Source: Octopus vulgaris
Lineage: Eukaryota
Direction: 5' to 3'
Length of the DNA stretch: 64,000 nucleotides
NCBI GenBank assembly: GCA_951406725.2
Contig: OX597815.1
Span: forward strand, 166,656,001-166,720,000
In this document: positions 38,039 through 51,224 of the stretch, piece after piece
How positions within the stretch are numbered: the stretch's first letter is position 1
How the letters are laid out: every line of letters begins with the position of its first letter
The notes under the pieces: model-generated
Told to the model about the DNA's origin: nothing
Databases searched by the model: none
Seen by the model: only the letters and a program-made list of their open reading frames with translations
Position numbers and translations under genes: made by a program

Positions 38039-39419
38039 TAATAATACCTTAATGATACCTTAATAATACCGCAACTGTGATATCTTGGACGGACAATATA
38101 TGATTGATATAAGATTGGAATTAAGAAACTCTCTATGGTTTCTTTTCTTTACTTAACTGTACGAAGTTCAACTAATTCTTAATGGACTGATATCTGTTTA
38201 GCCTATTGCGAGAATCAACACGCTAAAATATTTCGGCTAACAAAATATATTTTGAAACTGCCATAAAGTAAGCAATGTTAACTTTTAAAAACTTTGCCTG
38301 AAGAGAAAACAAAATAGAGAAAATGATAGAAAAATTGCGAAAGTTTGGTTGCAAATAGATGGTTTGATATTGATGAAGTTCTGAAGCTGCATTGCTGTTG
38401 ATATGGAGTGATGATATTGTTTTAGTCAGTAACAACGTCCATAATCACTTTCACGATCTAAGATAGTATTAAGAAAATATGCTCAAACTCAATAAATTCG
38501 AAATTTTCAATTCCCAAGTAAAAGAGACGGACTTTTCTTTTGTCCAGGCAAATAAGTCAAAGAAAAAAGATGTCTGGTTATTCATTATTATTCATTGTGT
38601 ATACAAAACATTGTATACATAAAACTGAATATAGCTAAAGTGTTCTCTTTAATAATTTGCATAACAGTACAGGTGCTGGTGGCGAGAGTTAATTAATCCA
38701 CATACACACACATGTTTTCTATTATATCGGCTATACTTCTTTCCTCACACAGTGGTCGTATATACAAGGTGGTGATATAAAATTCATATTTTAGGAATCA
38801 AAACGGAAAGATAAAAAAACGTAACTGTATTATCTGCTGATTTAAGGAATTAAACTAAATATTATCTTAATATTAAATGTTTCTCTCAACATAGAAACTT
38901 GAGTAGAAAAAATAGCTTCAAGTAACGAATGCCTCCAGGCAGTTTAACAAAACGAAAATCGCTCTTTCAACCATTTCTTAATAGATGCCAAAAACCGTAA
39001 AATAAATATACACCATCAAATCTATTCGAATGTAAAAATATAAGATAAACTTTAAAGAGATGTAGTTTGGCGAGTTAATTCTGGGTAGGGTTTTACTAGT
39101 CAAAATGAAAAAGGGTGCAATGAAAAAATAATCAAGGTGTGGTCCTTATATGGTCGCTTAATGAAAACAAGGTATAAAGTTTGAAATTTACTATGGTTGG
39201 TATTTACTATTCAGTAACATTCCCACTATCAACCTTAGCATTGCCACGAATGTCAGTGGTTTTTCTTCCATAGATTTTTTTCACAGACAATATTGTTGCC
39301 ATATAAATCGATAGCTGATAGATAGCTGACTCAATTAGCATCGAAGATTACCGACTCCAATCAAGTTTTAATCTAAAGTTATCGCCTATCTTTGTAACTG
39401 AAGATAGAAATCCGAGACA

Positions 39420-40240
39420 GTGTTGGTGCTGCTGTACACTCAGACATCCTAGACCGCATCTTGAAAAGCCCATCCGACCGATTGACATGAAGTCACTCGC
39501 AAACATACTCCAACGTCTTTCACATAGGTGCGCTGTCTTTACTCTCAGCCAATTTAAACCTATATGATAATGAACTTTGTTCGCCGGCGCTGTCTAGGAT
39601 TATTCTAGTTTTACATAGGGGCATTCTCGATTCACTCGGTCGTCTTCCTTCCATCACTCTTGCTGTGTCCACTTTCCCGAACTATTTTAAGTTTCATCTA
39701 AAAAGAAAGGTGGGTTTTGAAAGAACGTGTCTGTCAGAGTGCGTGTTCAAAAAAAGATGGATGCGTGTTGCGCAAATGCTGGGTGTGAAAGGCCCTGCGT
39801 GAACACGCTAGAATGACTTACCGTGATATCAGTTGAAAAGACAGGGCTCGTGGGGTCGGCAATCCTGTTTCTTTTCAACTACATGTGTCCCTTTTGTGTT
39901 TGTATTGTTTTTCAGCGTGTTACATTCGATTTCATTATAAATTTTTAATTATCATTTTGTATCACATGACCCCAAAATCATGTTGTGCTGTCCCCTCTAT
40001 GTAAACCCTTTATGGGGAATAAAGAATCATGTGTCCAATTTCCCAGGTACCATACCAGTTTCTATTCCCAGTCCTTCTTTCCCAGGTTCCGCTTCTTGTC
40101 CATGTCTTTCTTGCATGTATTAGCTTTCAAAAGTTCAAAAGGAACATTAATAGCAGCAGTCTCACCGGATGAGGAGGCCCTGCGAAGGTCATGTACATTG
40201 CCCCTTCCTCTAGATCCAGCAAAAAAACAAGAAAAAAATC
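39420..40240 (+). mobile_element. Decayed CR1-Zenon/Jockey-like LINE fragments (RT thumb and 3' end with A-rich tail)
   Basis: LDRILK..LQRLSHRCAVFTLS..YDNELCSPALSRII (~39450-39605); HTSFYSQSFFPR..FKRNIN (~40050-40150); 3'UTR ending in A tracts at 40220-40238. Confidence 0.55.
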
Positions 40241-40898
40241 TCATTGTTTTTCTTCACCGAACCTTTTACCAACTAAACTGACTGACATAAATAAGCTTAT
40301 CGCTTGTTATATGAAATTTAGATGTAAAAATAAAGCAAAACGTAGAAGATATTTCTTTTATTTTAGATAAATCGTACGATTTCTCAATATCTTCCTCAAT
40401 AAACATTGCTGCTGTTTTTCTTTCATGTTGTTAGCAATACAAACTTCACATTTTATTAATTCTGGAAGTTATCGAAATAATGTTTATTCCAATTACAAAA
40501 ACTGTGATTGTAACGATTATATTTCGAGGTTTATCTAAAAATGTCAACAAAATTCTGATAACTACGGATATATTCTACATCCTTCTGCTCGGCTGCTTTA
40601 CGTAATAAGCTGAAAATTAAAATGTTCCTGTACAAGCTGGGGTCGAAATAATGGTCGAATTAAGAAAAAAAATCATCGCCCGCCTCTCAACTAAATTGTG
40701 GATTCGTGTTATGCAACTTTCAGTGAACCCATTCTTGATAAAGGTCATAGAAGCGGTGCACCGATCAACCTGGAATTAGGTAAACACTTTGTTTTAATGG
40801 TTTGCAAAATGTGGTTGAACCTCATCAAAGAAGAAATTAATAACTTGTAAATATACATTTGCTCACGTCTTTTGTTTCAGATAATATTTCAAGAGGTT

Positions 40899-41441
<543 letters not shown>

Positions 41442-42340
41442 TTGAACAGTTTAATCTCAAATACTAAGGCATTTGGTTTCTTTTTCAGTTATTTACTTTT
41501 ATTCTGTCTGTCTGTTTGTTTCTTCCTTTCATTTCGTTACAGTAAAAATAGGTTTAACGTTTCTTTCAACAGAATTTATATCTTTGAAATTGATGACAAA
41601 CTAGTCTAGAGAAATAGCGATCAAATTGCCGATATGGACTCTGTCCAATAACTAACGGGAAAATAGTCTAGAAAACAGTAGATAGGCCACATAAACGGGA
41701 GATTAAATTCCTGTCTGTTAAGTCTATGTTGCATAGTTTTGAGTTCAAATATCACTGAGGTTAACTTATAATTTCCCGAGATCAGCTGGAGCAAAGTTTA
41801 AGTTTAAAATACCTATCCTTAATTTCCCTAATTAAAGAAAAACAGACATTGTGTTGCCTTAACAGTCTTCGGATGGATTTATTTCTCTTTGATACACAAT
41901 TTTATAGATTTCCAACTCTCTAGGAGTTGCATATTTTACTTCGTTCTCCTCTTGACAGTTCTAGCCTGAGTTTTCTAGGAGATAGACACTTATGTACGAC
42001 CCTGGCTCTAACTCACAGATGTGCCTTCTGCCCTCTGTCTGTCTGTCTGTCTGTCTCTCTGTTGGCAATAAAAAATAAGTATTTAAATTAATGGGGACTA
42101 TAGCAAAATTGGAAACCACGTATTCTCAGTTTAAAAAAATTTTTTTTACCACATTGTCTCTCTTTAATATATTTTTTAATAAACTATCTTGGCACACACT
42201 TAGCTGTGTGGAAAGAACATTGCTTCCCAGTCACATAGCTTCGGGTTTAGTTCAACAGCATGCTATGTTGAGCAAGTGTTTTCTGCTATGGCTTTGTGCT
42301 GACCAATGCCTTGTGGTAAACGAAAATTGTGTGAAGCCCG

Positions 42341-42395
<55 letters not shown>

Positions 42396-42440
42396 GTGTG
42401 TGTGTGTGTGTGCATGTGTGTGTGTGTGTGCCTATATATG

Positions 42441-42495
<55 letters not shown>

Positions 42496-42721
42496 ATGTG
42501 TATGTATATAAATATATATATAGTGCGTAAGATATTAGAGGACAGGTTTATTTATAAAAAAACAGCTAGATAATAACAGATAATAAATTTATTTATCAAA
42601 AAATGCTATGAGGATAAAAATATTTAATAAAAATATGTATTATTTGTTATCTATGTATTGGTCTATGTCAGTCACTGTTTGAGTTGCATAATAGTGGTTT
42701 TATCTCTAATTTATATTATAT

Positions 42722-42749
<28 letters not shown>

Positions 42750-42752
<3 letters not shown>

Positions 42753-42915
42753 ACGACGGGCTTCTTTCAGTTTCCGTCTCCCAAATCCACTCAGATGGCC
42801 TTGGTTGACCTGACGCTACAGTAGAAGACACTTGTCCAAGGTGCCACTCAGTGGGACTGAACCCGGAACCATGTGGTTGGGAAGCAGGCTTCTTACCGCA
42901 TAGGCACACCGGCAC
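42750..42915 (-). mobile_element. SINE family C, 5' part
   Basis: GGTAAGAAGCCTGCTTCCCAACCACATGGTTCCGGGTTCAGTCCCACTG..GACGGAAACTGAAAGAAGCCCGTCGTATA. Confidence 0.85.
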
Positions 42916-43039
42916 TTAAAATATGTATTAAACTTCATCGCAGTTTCAAACATACATTGTTCAACTCCCGAAACTCCAAATAAAGTTACTCTAAAACGCG
43001 ACACGAAGAATATTTTCATGTAATAGTTGTAATGCTCCC

Positions 43040-43668
43040 AGGCGGCGAGTTGGCAGAAAAGTTAGCACGCCGGGCGAAATGCTTAGCGGTATTTCGTCTG
43101 CCGCTACGTTCTAAGTTCAAATTCCGCCGAGGTCGACTTTGCCTTTCATCCTTTCGGGGTCGATTAAATAAGTACCAGTTATGCACTGGGGTCAATATAA
43201 TCGACTTCATCCGTTTGTCCCCTCTATGTTTAGCCCCTTGTGGGTAGTAAAGAAATAGGCATTTCGTCTGCCGTTACGTTCTGAGTTCGAATTCCGCCGA
43301 GGGTAATAAAGAAATAGGTATTTCGACTGTCTTTACGTTGTGAGTTCAAATTTCGCCGAGATCGACTTTGCCTTTTATCCTTTCGGGGTCGATAAATTAA
43401 GTACCTGTTGCGTATTAGCGTCGATCTAATTGGCTTCCCCCCTTTGTGTCTAGAGTAGAAAAGAATCGTTACCCCGTCGGGAAAAATGCTTAGTGGCCTT
43501 TCTTCCGAATATCATTTTATGAGTTCAAGTTCCGCTGAGGTCGGCTTTACCTTTCATCCTTTTTGAGTCGATAAAATAAGTACCAGTTGAGCGCTGGGGT
43601 CGTTGTTTGTAATCGTCTCATTCCCGCCCCTGAAATTGCTGATCATGTGCCAAAGATTGAAATCAATA
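43040..43668 (+). mobile_element. Cluster of tandem family M SINE units
   Basis: GGCGGCGAGTTGGCAGAAAAGTTAGCACGCCGGGCGAAATGC.. followed by at least three further partial units. Confidence 0.9.
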
Positions 43669-44439
43669 TTTTTTATACTCAGCCTCAAAACTTGAAATAA
43701 ACGTCTTTCTTTCTTGTCCAGTTCACACTTATACTCAATCAGGGTTGACCTGGGTTCGTAATAGTAGCAACACCTCTGTTTCTGTTATTTGTTTTCCTTT
43801 CATTTTAAGCTCTTCATCAAGAAATTTTTTATTTTGTTGTCACAACTATATTTCTCAATGGCCTTTCTGAAACATTACAGTTTTTGACATGAAACACGCA
43901 CAGGATTTCTGAGAAAAATACTTAAGCACTTAAAATACTACTGAAATATTTTGTCGGGTAATAAACTTTTGTTTTTCATCATTAGTTAGTGGTGGGAGGT
44001 AAAGTCAGAAACACTTTACTACCATTGGTGTATAGACATATCTCAACTTACATTGGTGATAGATTCCAACGTACAAACAGGAACAAACATTTAAAAAAAT
44101 GCATCGAAAGTCATTAAAAAAATACTTCAATGAAAAACACAAATTTATTCACAACAAACGCAAAAAAAAATATGTTTGAATTTCCTGTTACTAACTACAA
44201 CAATACCTTGCGGTGGAATGCTGAATCTATCGATCCCGAAAGCTATGTACATAAGTATAAACATCGTAGCCTTATACATTTAGAAAGATTTATTAGCTGT
44301 AAAGTCACCTTAAAAAGCCGTTAGAAATTGTGAGGCATTTGAAAGTTGCAGTTCTTTGTTTTTCAATACCACGCCTTTTAAATAGCAGGCCCCCTGTTTT
44401 CTCACAGTGTGTACTCAAACAGTAAGGATTAATGGGTTA

Positions 44440-45033
44440 AAATTTTGGTACAAGGCCAGTAATTTCGGAGAAGACGAGTAAATCGATTACATTGATTCCA
44501 GTCTTCAACTGGTACTTATTTTGTCGACCCCGAAAGGATGAAAGGCAAAGTCGATCCCGGCAGAATTTGAACTCAGAACATATAGACGAACACAGTGTTG
44601 CTCAGAATTTCGCTCGGCGTGCTAACGATTCCGCCGCTTTATTTTAAGACATAATAGTGCTTTCAAATTTGGGCATACATCGACCCCCCCCCCCCAGTGC
44701 TCAACTGGTACTTATCTTATCGACCACGAAAGGATGAAAGGCAAAGTCGACCTCGGCGGAATTTGAACTCAGAACGTAAAGACGGATGAAATGCCACTAA
44801 ACATTTTGCCCGGCGCAGTAACGGTTCTGCCAGCTCACCCGTTTATTTTAAGACATAATATTCTTTTCTTCTCTAGGCACACGGACCGAAATTTTGGGGG
44901 AGGGGGCCATTCGATTAGATCGATCCCTGTACGCTACTGGTACTTAATTTATCGACCCCGAAAGGATGAAAGGCAAAGTCGACCTCGGCGGGATTTGAAC
45001 TTAGAACTAAATACCGCTAAGCATTTCGCTCGG
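44440..45033 (-). mobile_element. Cluster of three family M SINEs separated by an identical 16-bp target copy
   Basis: ATTTTAAGACATAATA at 44641, 44845 and 45034. Confidence 0.88.
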
Positions 45034-45484
45034 ATTTTAAGACATAATATTAAAAGCAACACTCGCTCGTAAACTTACCTTACATTTCTACTCATCGTAC
45101 CAATGTGTAATGTTTCTTATATTAATACGCGTGTATGTACATGAGAGTGTGTGCGTGTTTTAGAATAGAGTAAAGTACTCAGTTCATGAAGAAGTGTGTA
45201 TATTTTATATTTTATTAGAACTTGGAAAATTTAAATTGTACTTGTGCGTTTCATGTTTCCAATCCTTCAGGATTTTTTTGATCAACCGGAAACGTGAAAA
45301 ATCAAAGTTAAGAACTTCCAAGTAATATATGCTTACATATATATATACCCCACGCCGCATATACATCAACGCACATACCAAATAAAAACATATATCATGT
45401 ACTTATATGCCCCGCTCTCTCTCTCTCGCGCTCTCTCTCTCGCGCTCTCTCTCTCTCTCTCTCTCTGTTTGTCTGTCTCACACA

Positions 45485-45517
<33 letters not shown>

Positions 45518-45519
<2 letters not shown>

Positions 45520-45655
45520 CTTTGCCTTTCAACCTTTCGGGGTCGATTAAATAAGTACCAGTTACGCACTAGGGTCGATGTAATCGACTTAATCCCTTTG
45601 TCTGTCCTTGTTTGTCCCCTCTCTGTTTAGCCCCTTGTGGGCAATAAAGAAATAA
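45518..45655 (+). mobile_element. SINE family M, 3' part
   Basis: GACTTTGCCTTTCAACCTTTCGGGGTCGATTAAATAAGTACCAG..AGCCCCTTGTGGGCAATAAAGAAATA. Confidence 0.85.
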
Positions 45656-45686
45656 ATATATACATACATAATATATAAATACATAC

Positions 45687-45846
<160 letters not shown>

Positions 45847-46412
45847 ACACACATATACGATATATGTATATACGATTTATCAAAATAATAATGAAAAACA
45901 ATTCCTTTGTGGTGTAGTAACCGTAAACCAAGATCAGTTGGGAGATTCAGGAAGATCAAATCACTTTGATTGTTGGTCTTGTCAAGCAAAGTGTTGTTGA
46001 ATTAGAGCACTAAGGAGAAAGCAATAAAATATATAATAAAAATATATATAAAAGATAACAGAAAAGCAGAGAAGCATAGAAATGTATCAGGTTAAGTCAA
46101 ACGGTTTAAACATCGTCGCATTCATCTTTAGCTTCATCATATAACATTCTCATCATGATCATTATTTAAAAAAAAAAAAAGAAACGTAACGCAAATATCT
46201 ATTTATTATTTGAGTTCAGGCTCAGAGTTTGTTGACACAAGTTTTGTAATTACTGTGATCCTGTCCCCCAACACCTTAAACTTGTCTGCACGTCTCAACT
46301 TCCTCTAAAACAACAAGGATAGTTTATTTTAAAACAAAAAGATGAGCTCACATTTTTTTTTTATTGACACAAAGTCTAAAGAACATGCATGGAACAGGAA
46401 TTATAATTATAG

Positions 46413-46670
46413 GATGACGATGATGATGATGATGATGATGGCTATGTTGAAGATGATGACAACGTTGACGATGTTCATGATTATGACGAAGACGACGGTG
46501 ATAATAATAATAATAATGATAATAATAATAACAATAATAATAACAACAATAATAATAACAATTATAATAATAACAATAATAATAGTAATATTGATAATAA
46601 CGATAATAATAGTAATGATAATATTAATAATAACATTAATAATAATAATGATGATAATAATAATAGTAAC

Positions 46671-46701
<31 letters not shown>

Positions 46702-46737
46702 GTAATAATAATAATGATAATAATAGTAATAGTAGTA

Positions 46738-46783
<46 letters not shown>

Positions 46784-46789
46784 TAATAA

Positions 46790-46821
<32 letters not shown>

Positions 46822-47057
46822 ATAATAATAATAATAATAATGATGATCCTTTCTATTATAGGTATAAGGCCTGAAATTTTGGGTGAGTGGGATAGTCGAT
46901 TACTTCGACGCCGGTGTTCAACTGGTACTTATCTTATCGATACCGAAACCCCGAAAGGTTGAATTCGAACTTAGAACGTAGCGACAGGCGAAATATCCCT
47001 AAGCATTTCGTCTGGCGTGCTAACGATTTCGCCTTCAATAATAGTAATAATAATAAC

Positions 47058-47117
<60 letters not shown>

Positions 47118-47399
47118 CCTTTCTACTATGCTATAAAGCCCGAAATTTTTGGGGAGGGGATTCGCCGATTACATCAACCCCGGTGTTTCACTGGTACTTA
47201 TTTTATCGACTCCAAAAGGATGAAAGGCAAAGTCGACCTTGGTGGCATCTGACTACAGAATGCAAAGACGGTCAAAATGCCACTAAGCACTTTACCCGGC
47301 GTGCTAACGATTCTACCTGCTCGCTGCCTTCAATAATAACAATAATAATAATAATAATAATAATAATATTAATAATAATAATAATATTAATAATAATAA

Positions 47400-47430
<31 letters not shown>

Positions 47431-47460
47431 AACAATGATAATATAGTAACAACAACAACA
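46413..47460. repeat. Long (AAT/GAT/GTA)n arrays containing two minus-strand family M SINEs (46845-47035, 47117-47330)
   Basis: Direct inspection; SINE core motifs present. Confidence 0.9.
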
Positions 47461-48079
47461 GCGGTAGTAAACTTAGACTAAATATAAATCTTCATCTTAT
47501 GATACCGAACTTTGATAGAATGAAAGGTCCGGAAGTACAGTAGGGGACATTATTTTTTTTATTAGGAATCTATCATCAAGCTTCTACAATGAAAAAAAAA
47601 GGAGAGGAAAATATCATTTCCACTTCCCTCAGGGAAAACTTTTCCAATTGAATAGAAGCTCAAAAGTTTACACCAAGATCGTATTAAAGCTAAATCGAAT
47701 CAGTATAGAAAGAAATGGGTTAAATACAGGGTTAAAAAAATACCGTTCAAAAACCGATCTTGAATCCCCTCTTGGGAAATCTTCCAGGAGATCATATGAT
47801 AAATGATGTCAGTTTAAATTTGTTTATTTTATACAAGAAATGGCCGTTATAACACATTAAGTTGAAACACGGATGATTTGTTGTTTCGTACTTCTTCAAA
47901 CGATAGTTTACACAGTTTGTGTTGAACAAGGTAATGGCGGCACTGAGAGGGCGACAACATGTGCATTGCATATGGGGAGTAATGCTAATAGAAAATATAT
48001 TAAAAGACACTCCAGAAAATGCAACCCCGCTGGAAAATGAAAAAAATCCTTGTAGTTCAGTTGCCCAACGAGTTAATTA

Positions 48080-48212
48080 CCTATTTCTTTACTACCCACA
48101 AGGGGCTAAACACAGAGGGGACAAACAAGGACAGACAAACGGATTAAGTCGATTATATCGACCCCAGTGCGTAACTGGTACTTGATTTATCGACCCCGAA
48201 AGGATGAAAGGC
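48080..48212 (-). mobile_element. SINE family M, 3' part
   Basis: GCCTTTCATCCTTTCGGGGTCGATAAATCAAGTACCAG.. Confidence 0.85.
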
Positions 48213-48536
48213 TATTTTACCAATTTGACCTTGGTGAATCGATATTGTTTGCTTGCTAACACCAAACAACAACAATAACTCACGGGGAGTTTGAGATGGA
48301 TCTAACTCGACGGTGGCTTTCAGTTCGTCATTATTCACCTTTGTTTCTGGTCTACTGCGTTGCTTATTTTTGAGGTCAAAGTTACTCGAACGAAATTTTG
48401 CAAAATAATTTGATAATGTCTGCTGTGTAATGACATTAGAAGGAAATACGCCATTAATATTCCGAGCTGGCTGTGATGCTGTATTTCCAAGAAAGAACTC
48501 GTATTTCAAAACTGTACGAATTTCCGACTTATCCAT
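48213..48536 (-). pseudogene. Mariner transposase N-terminal (HTH) fragment, truncated at a SINE
   Basis: MDKSEIRTVLKYEFFLGNTASQPARNINGVF..FAKFRSSNFDLKNKQRSRP..DELKATVELDPSQTPREL..GVSKQTI..IGK is a mariner DNA-binding region. Confidence 0.9.
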
Positions 48537-48877
48537 CTTATCCAACAAAAATAGCAAAAAATGATTTGTAAATACTTTATAAAGCACAAAATGAGTTAGA
48601 ATAAAGAAATAGGTGTGTCAGCTTTCTAACAAAAAAAAAATATTGTGAAAATATAATAATGGCGCAAAATGAGCAACTGTCAAAGTTTACCATATACTTA
48701 CTACAAATTTCATACTTGACGACCTGATATATTGCATTTTGAAGAGATATTTCTTCAATGAATATATTATATAAAATATCGTAAATTATCAATAGAATTA
48801 ATAATTTCTCTATATTTATTATCTTTATTTAAATGCTTCTGTATTGATCAGTAAACAGATTTCACTATGTGTACAAT

Positions 48878-48999
48878 CATCAGGGTGCACAATGGATAAT
48901 ACAAGGATTACATTATGATCCGTTGGAATATTCAGAACATTCTGAATATTCCAACGGATCATAACGTAATCCTTGTATTATCCATTGTGTACCCTGATG
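48878..48999. repeat. Near-perfect 60-bp-arm hairpin/palindrome
   Basis: CATCAGGGTGCACAATGGATAATACAAGGATTACATTATGATCCGTTGGAATATTCAGAA-CA-TTCTGAATATTCCAACGGATCATAACGTAATCCTTGTATTATCCATTGTGTACCCTGATG. Confidence 0.92.
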
Positions 49000-49173
49000 G
49001 TTTTCCATCCAAGGTATTTTAAATTGCAAATTGATATATTTATATATGTTTTCTAGTTTTAAGTTTGGTTGAGAAATGAAAAAAAATGTAGGGGAATATG
49101 TTAATTAATTTGTATCCATTAGATCTCTCTATTTTCAAACTCAATAATAATAATAATAATAATAATAATAATC

Positions 49174-49214
<41 letters not shown>

Positions 49215-49217
<3 letters not shown>

Positions 49218-51012
49218 TGATTGTATTGGCATCCTTTCTGTCTCGGGAGACAATGGAGTTGCGCATTTTTTTTTTTTTGTAGTCTAGTCCGGCTTTTATA
49301 TTTCATGTCCTGATACATTTCCTGCTGTGGCTGTGTAGTCCTATCCTGGACAAACACTCCCTCTGGCAGGTACCGCAAATGTAGCGAAGACTGTTCCTGG
49401 CTGGTTGTAGTGCCATAGTCTTTTGTTTACGTCTCTTCCTTTCTTTCCATTTCTCCTCTCTCTCTCTGTCACTCTTTTGTATTCCCTCTTTTACTGTACG
49501 TCGCCATTCTCCACGGTTGCCGGCGACTGCCTCCCAACCGCTAATATTGATGTTGCAGGCCTTCATATCCCTTTTGCAAACATCCCTGTAACGTAAGATC
49601 GGTCTACCCACAGACCTAGTACCCCTAGCAAGCTCTCCGTAGAGTATGTCCTTGGGGATTCTGCCATCTTTCATACGGCTAACATGCCCAAACCATCTCA
49701 TACGTCTTTGTGTGAGGAGTGCAAACATGCTTGGTATTCCTGCTTGCCTGAGGACATCTTTGTTGGGGATATGATTCTGCCATTTGATGCGGAGGATTTT
49801 TCGGAGGCAGCGCAGGTGAAAGATGTTTAGGCGACGCTCTTGGCGTGTGTATAGCGTCCAGGTCTCGCTTCCATACAGTAGAGTACTGAGTACACATGCC
49901 TGGTAGATCTTCATTTTCGTGGTCTTGGTCATCTTATTGTTGTCCCAAGCCCGTTTGGAGAGTTGGGCCATCGCAGCAGCTGCCTTGCCAATGCGTATAT
50001 TGAGCTCAGCGTCAAGGGATAGGTTGTAGGTGACGGTAGAGCCCAGATAGGTAAACTTCTCCACCTCTTGTAATCTGTGGTCTCCAATATGTATGTTTGG
50101 GATGTCCGATGTAGCCTAGCCCATGATGTTGGTCTTCTTAAGGCTGATAGCTAAGCCAAAGTCGTTACATGCTTGCTCAAAACAGTTAATGAGCCTTTGG
50201 AGGGCTTCTTCTGTGCGTGTTACCAGAGCGGCATCATCAGCAAATAACATCTCCTTGATCAGGACGTTTCTGATTTTGGTCTTGGCACGCAGGCGCGAGA
50301 GATTGAACAGTTTCCCGTGACTTCTACTGTGCAGAAACACTCCATCATCTGATGTCTGAAAGGCATGTGAAAGTAAGAGTGAGAAGAAGATGCCAAACAA
50401 TGTAGGAGCGAGGACACAGCCTTGCTTTACCCCGTTTTTTATTTGGAAAGCGGCTGATGTTGAACCGTTGTGCTGTATGGTGCCTTGCATGTCATCATGG
50501 AAAGACTTGATGATCCTCAGCAGCTTTGGTGGACATCCGATTTTTTGGAGCAGGAGGAAGAGGCCTGTTCTGCTTACCGAGTCAAAAGCCTTTGTTAGAT
50601 CAATGAAGGCCATATATAATGGCATTTTCTGCTCTCTGGACTTCTGAAGTTGGCGTATGGAGAATATCATATCGATAGTTGATCTGCTTCTTCTAAAGCC
50701 ACACTGCGATTCCGGATAGATTCGAGAAGCAAGTAGTTGTAGCCTGGCCAGGATAACGCGAGCAAAGGTCTTTCCAACAGTGCTTAGAAGGGATATACCA
50801 CGGTAATTGTTACAATCACCACGGCCACCTTTGTTTTTGTAAAGCGTAATGATGTTGGCATCCCGCATATCCTGAGGGACTGTACCCTCTTCCCAGCACT
50901 GACACAGAAGCTCATGAAGGTGCCGAAGCAGGATGGTGTTTTTGCCGGCTTTGATGATCTCTGAGGGGATGCCGTCTTTTCCCGGAGCCTTATTTCTTGC
51001 TAGGGAGTCAAC
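49215..51012 (-). mobile_element. RTE-clade (BovB-like) LINE, 5'-truncated; RT nearly intact with one premature TAG
   Basis: KAPGKDGIP..NNYRGISLLSTVGK..ESQCGFR..FIDLTKAFDSV..GVKQGCVLAPTLF..LFADDAAL..FTYLGS..LLYGSETW..RWFGHV..CGTC..SRIGLHSHSRKC*. ORFs 50116-51354 and 49303-50064 share a frame, split by the stop at 50116-50118. 3'UTR then (ATT)n. Confidence 0.96.
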
Positions 51013-51224
51013 ATTTAATAGGCAAAAAAACTCAACAAATAAACAAAACTCGTAATAATAATTTAACATTACAATAATAATAATAATAATAATAATATAT
51101 ATATATATATTAAGAACAAACTTACTTAGAAAGGGATGCGTGCGTTCTGTCGTGTAATAACAAATTAGTAAATAAAACATATACATACGTATATGTACGT
51201 ACCTACATCTACATGTATATATAC

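Noticed and set aside
37679-38041. Recurrent ORF 'NWYLIYRPRKDERQSRPRRNLNS' (also near 43016, 44791, 47183, 57083)
   Set aside because: Antisense translation of the family M SINE consensus, not a gene family.
45240-45300. CTGAAGG..GAAAC..GTA on the minus strand with a 12-bp inverted repeat
   Set aside because: Core mutated and stems I and III unpaired; too weak to call.
48153-48587. 144-aa mariner-SINE fusion ORF as a domesticated gene
   Set aside because: Truncated transposase reading by chance into a SINE; no catalytic domain or splice evidence.
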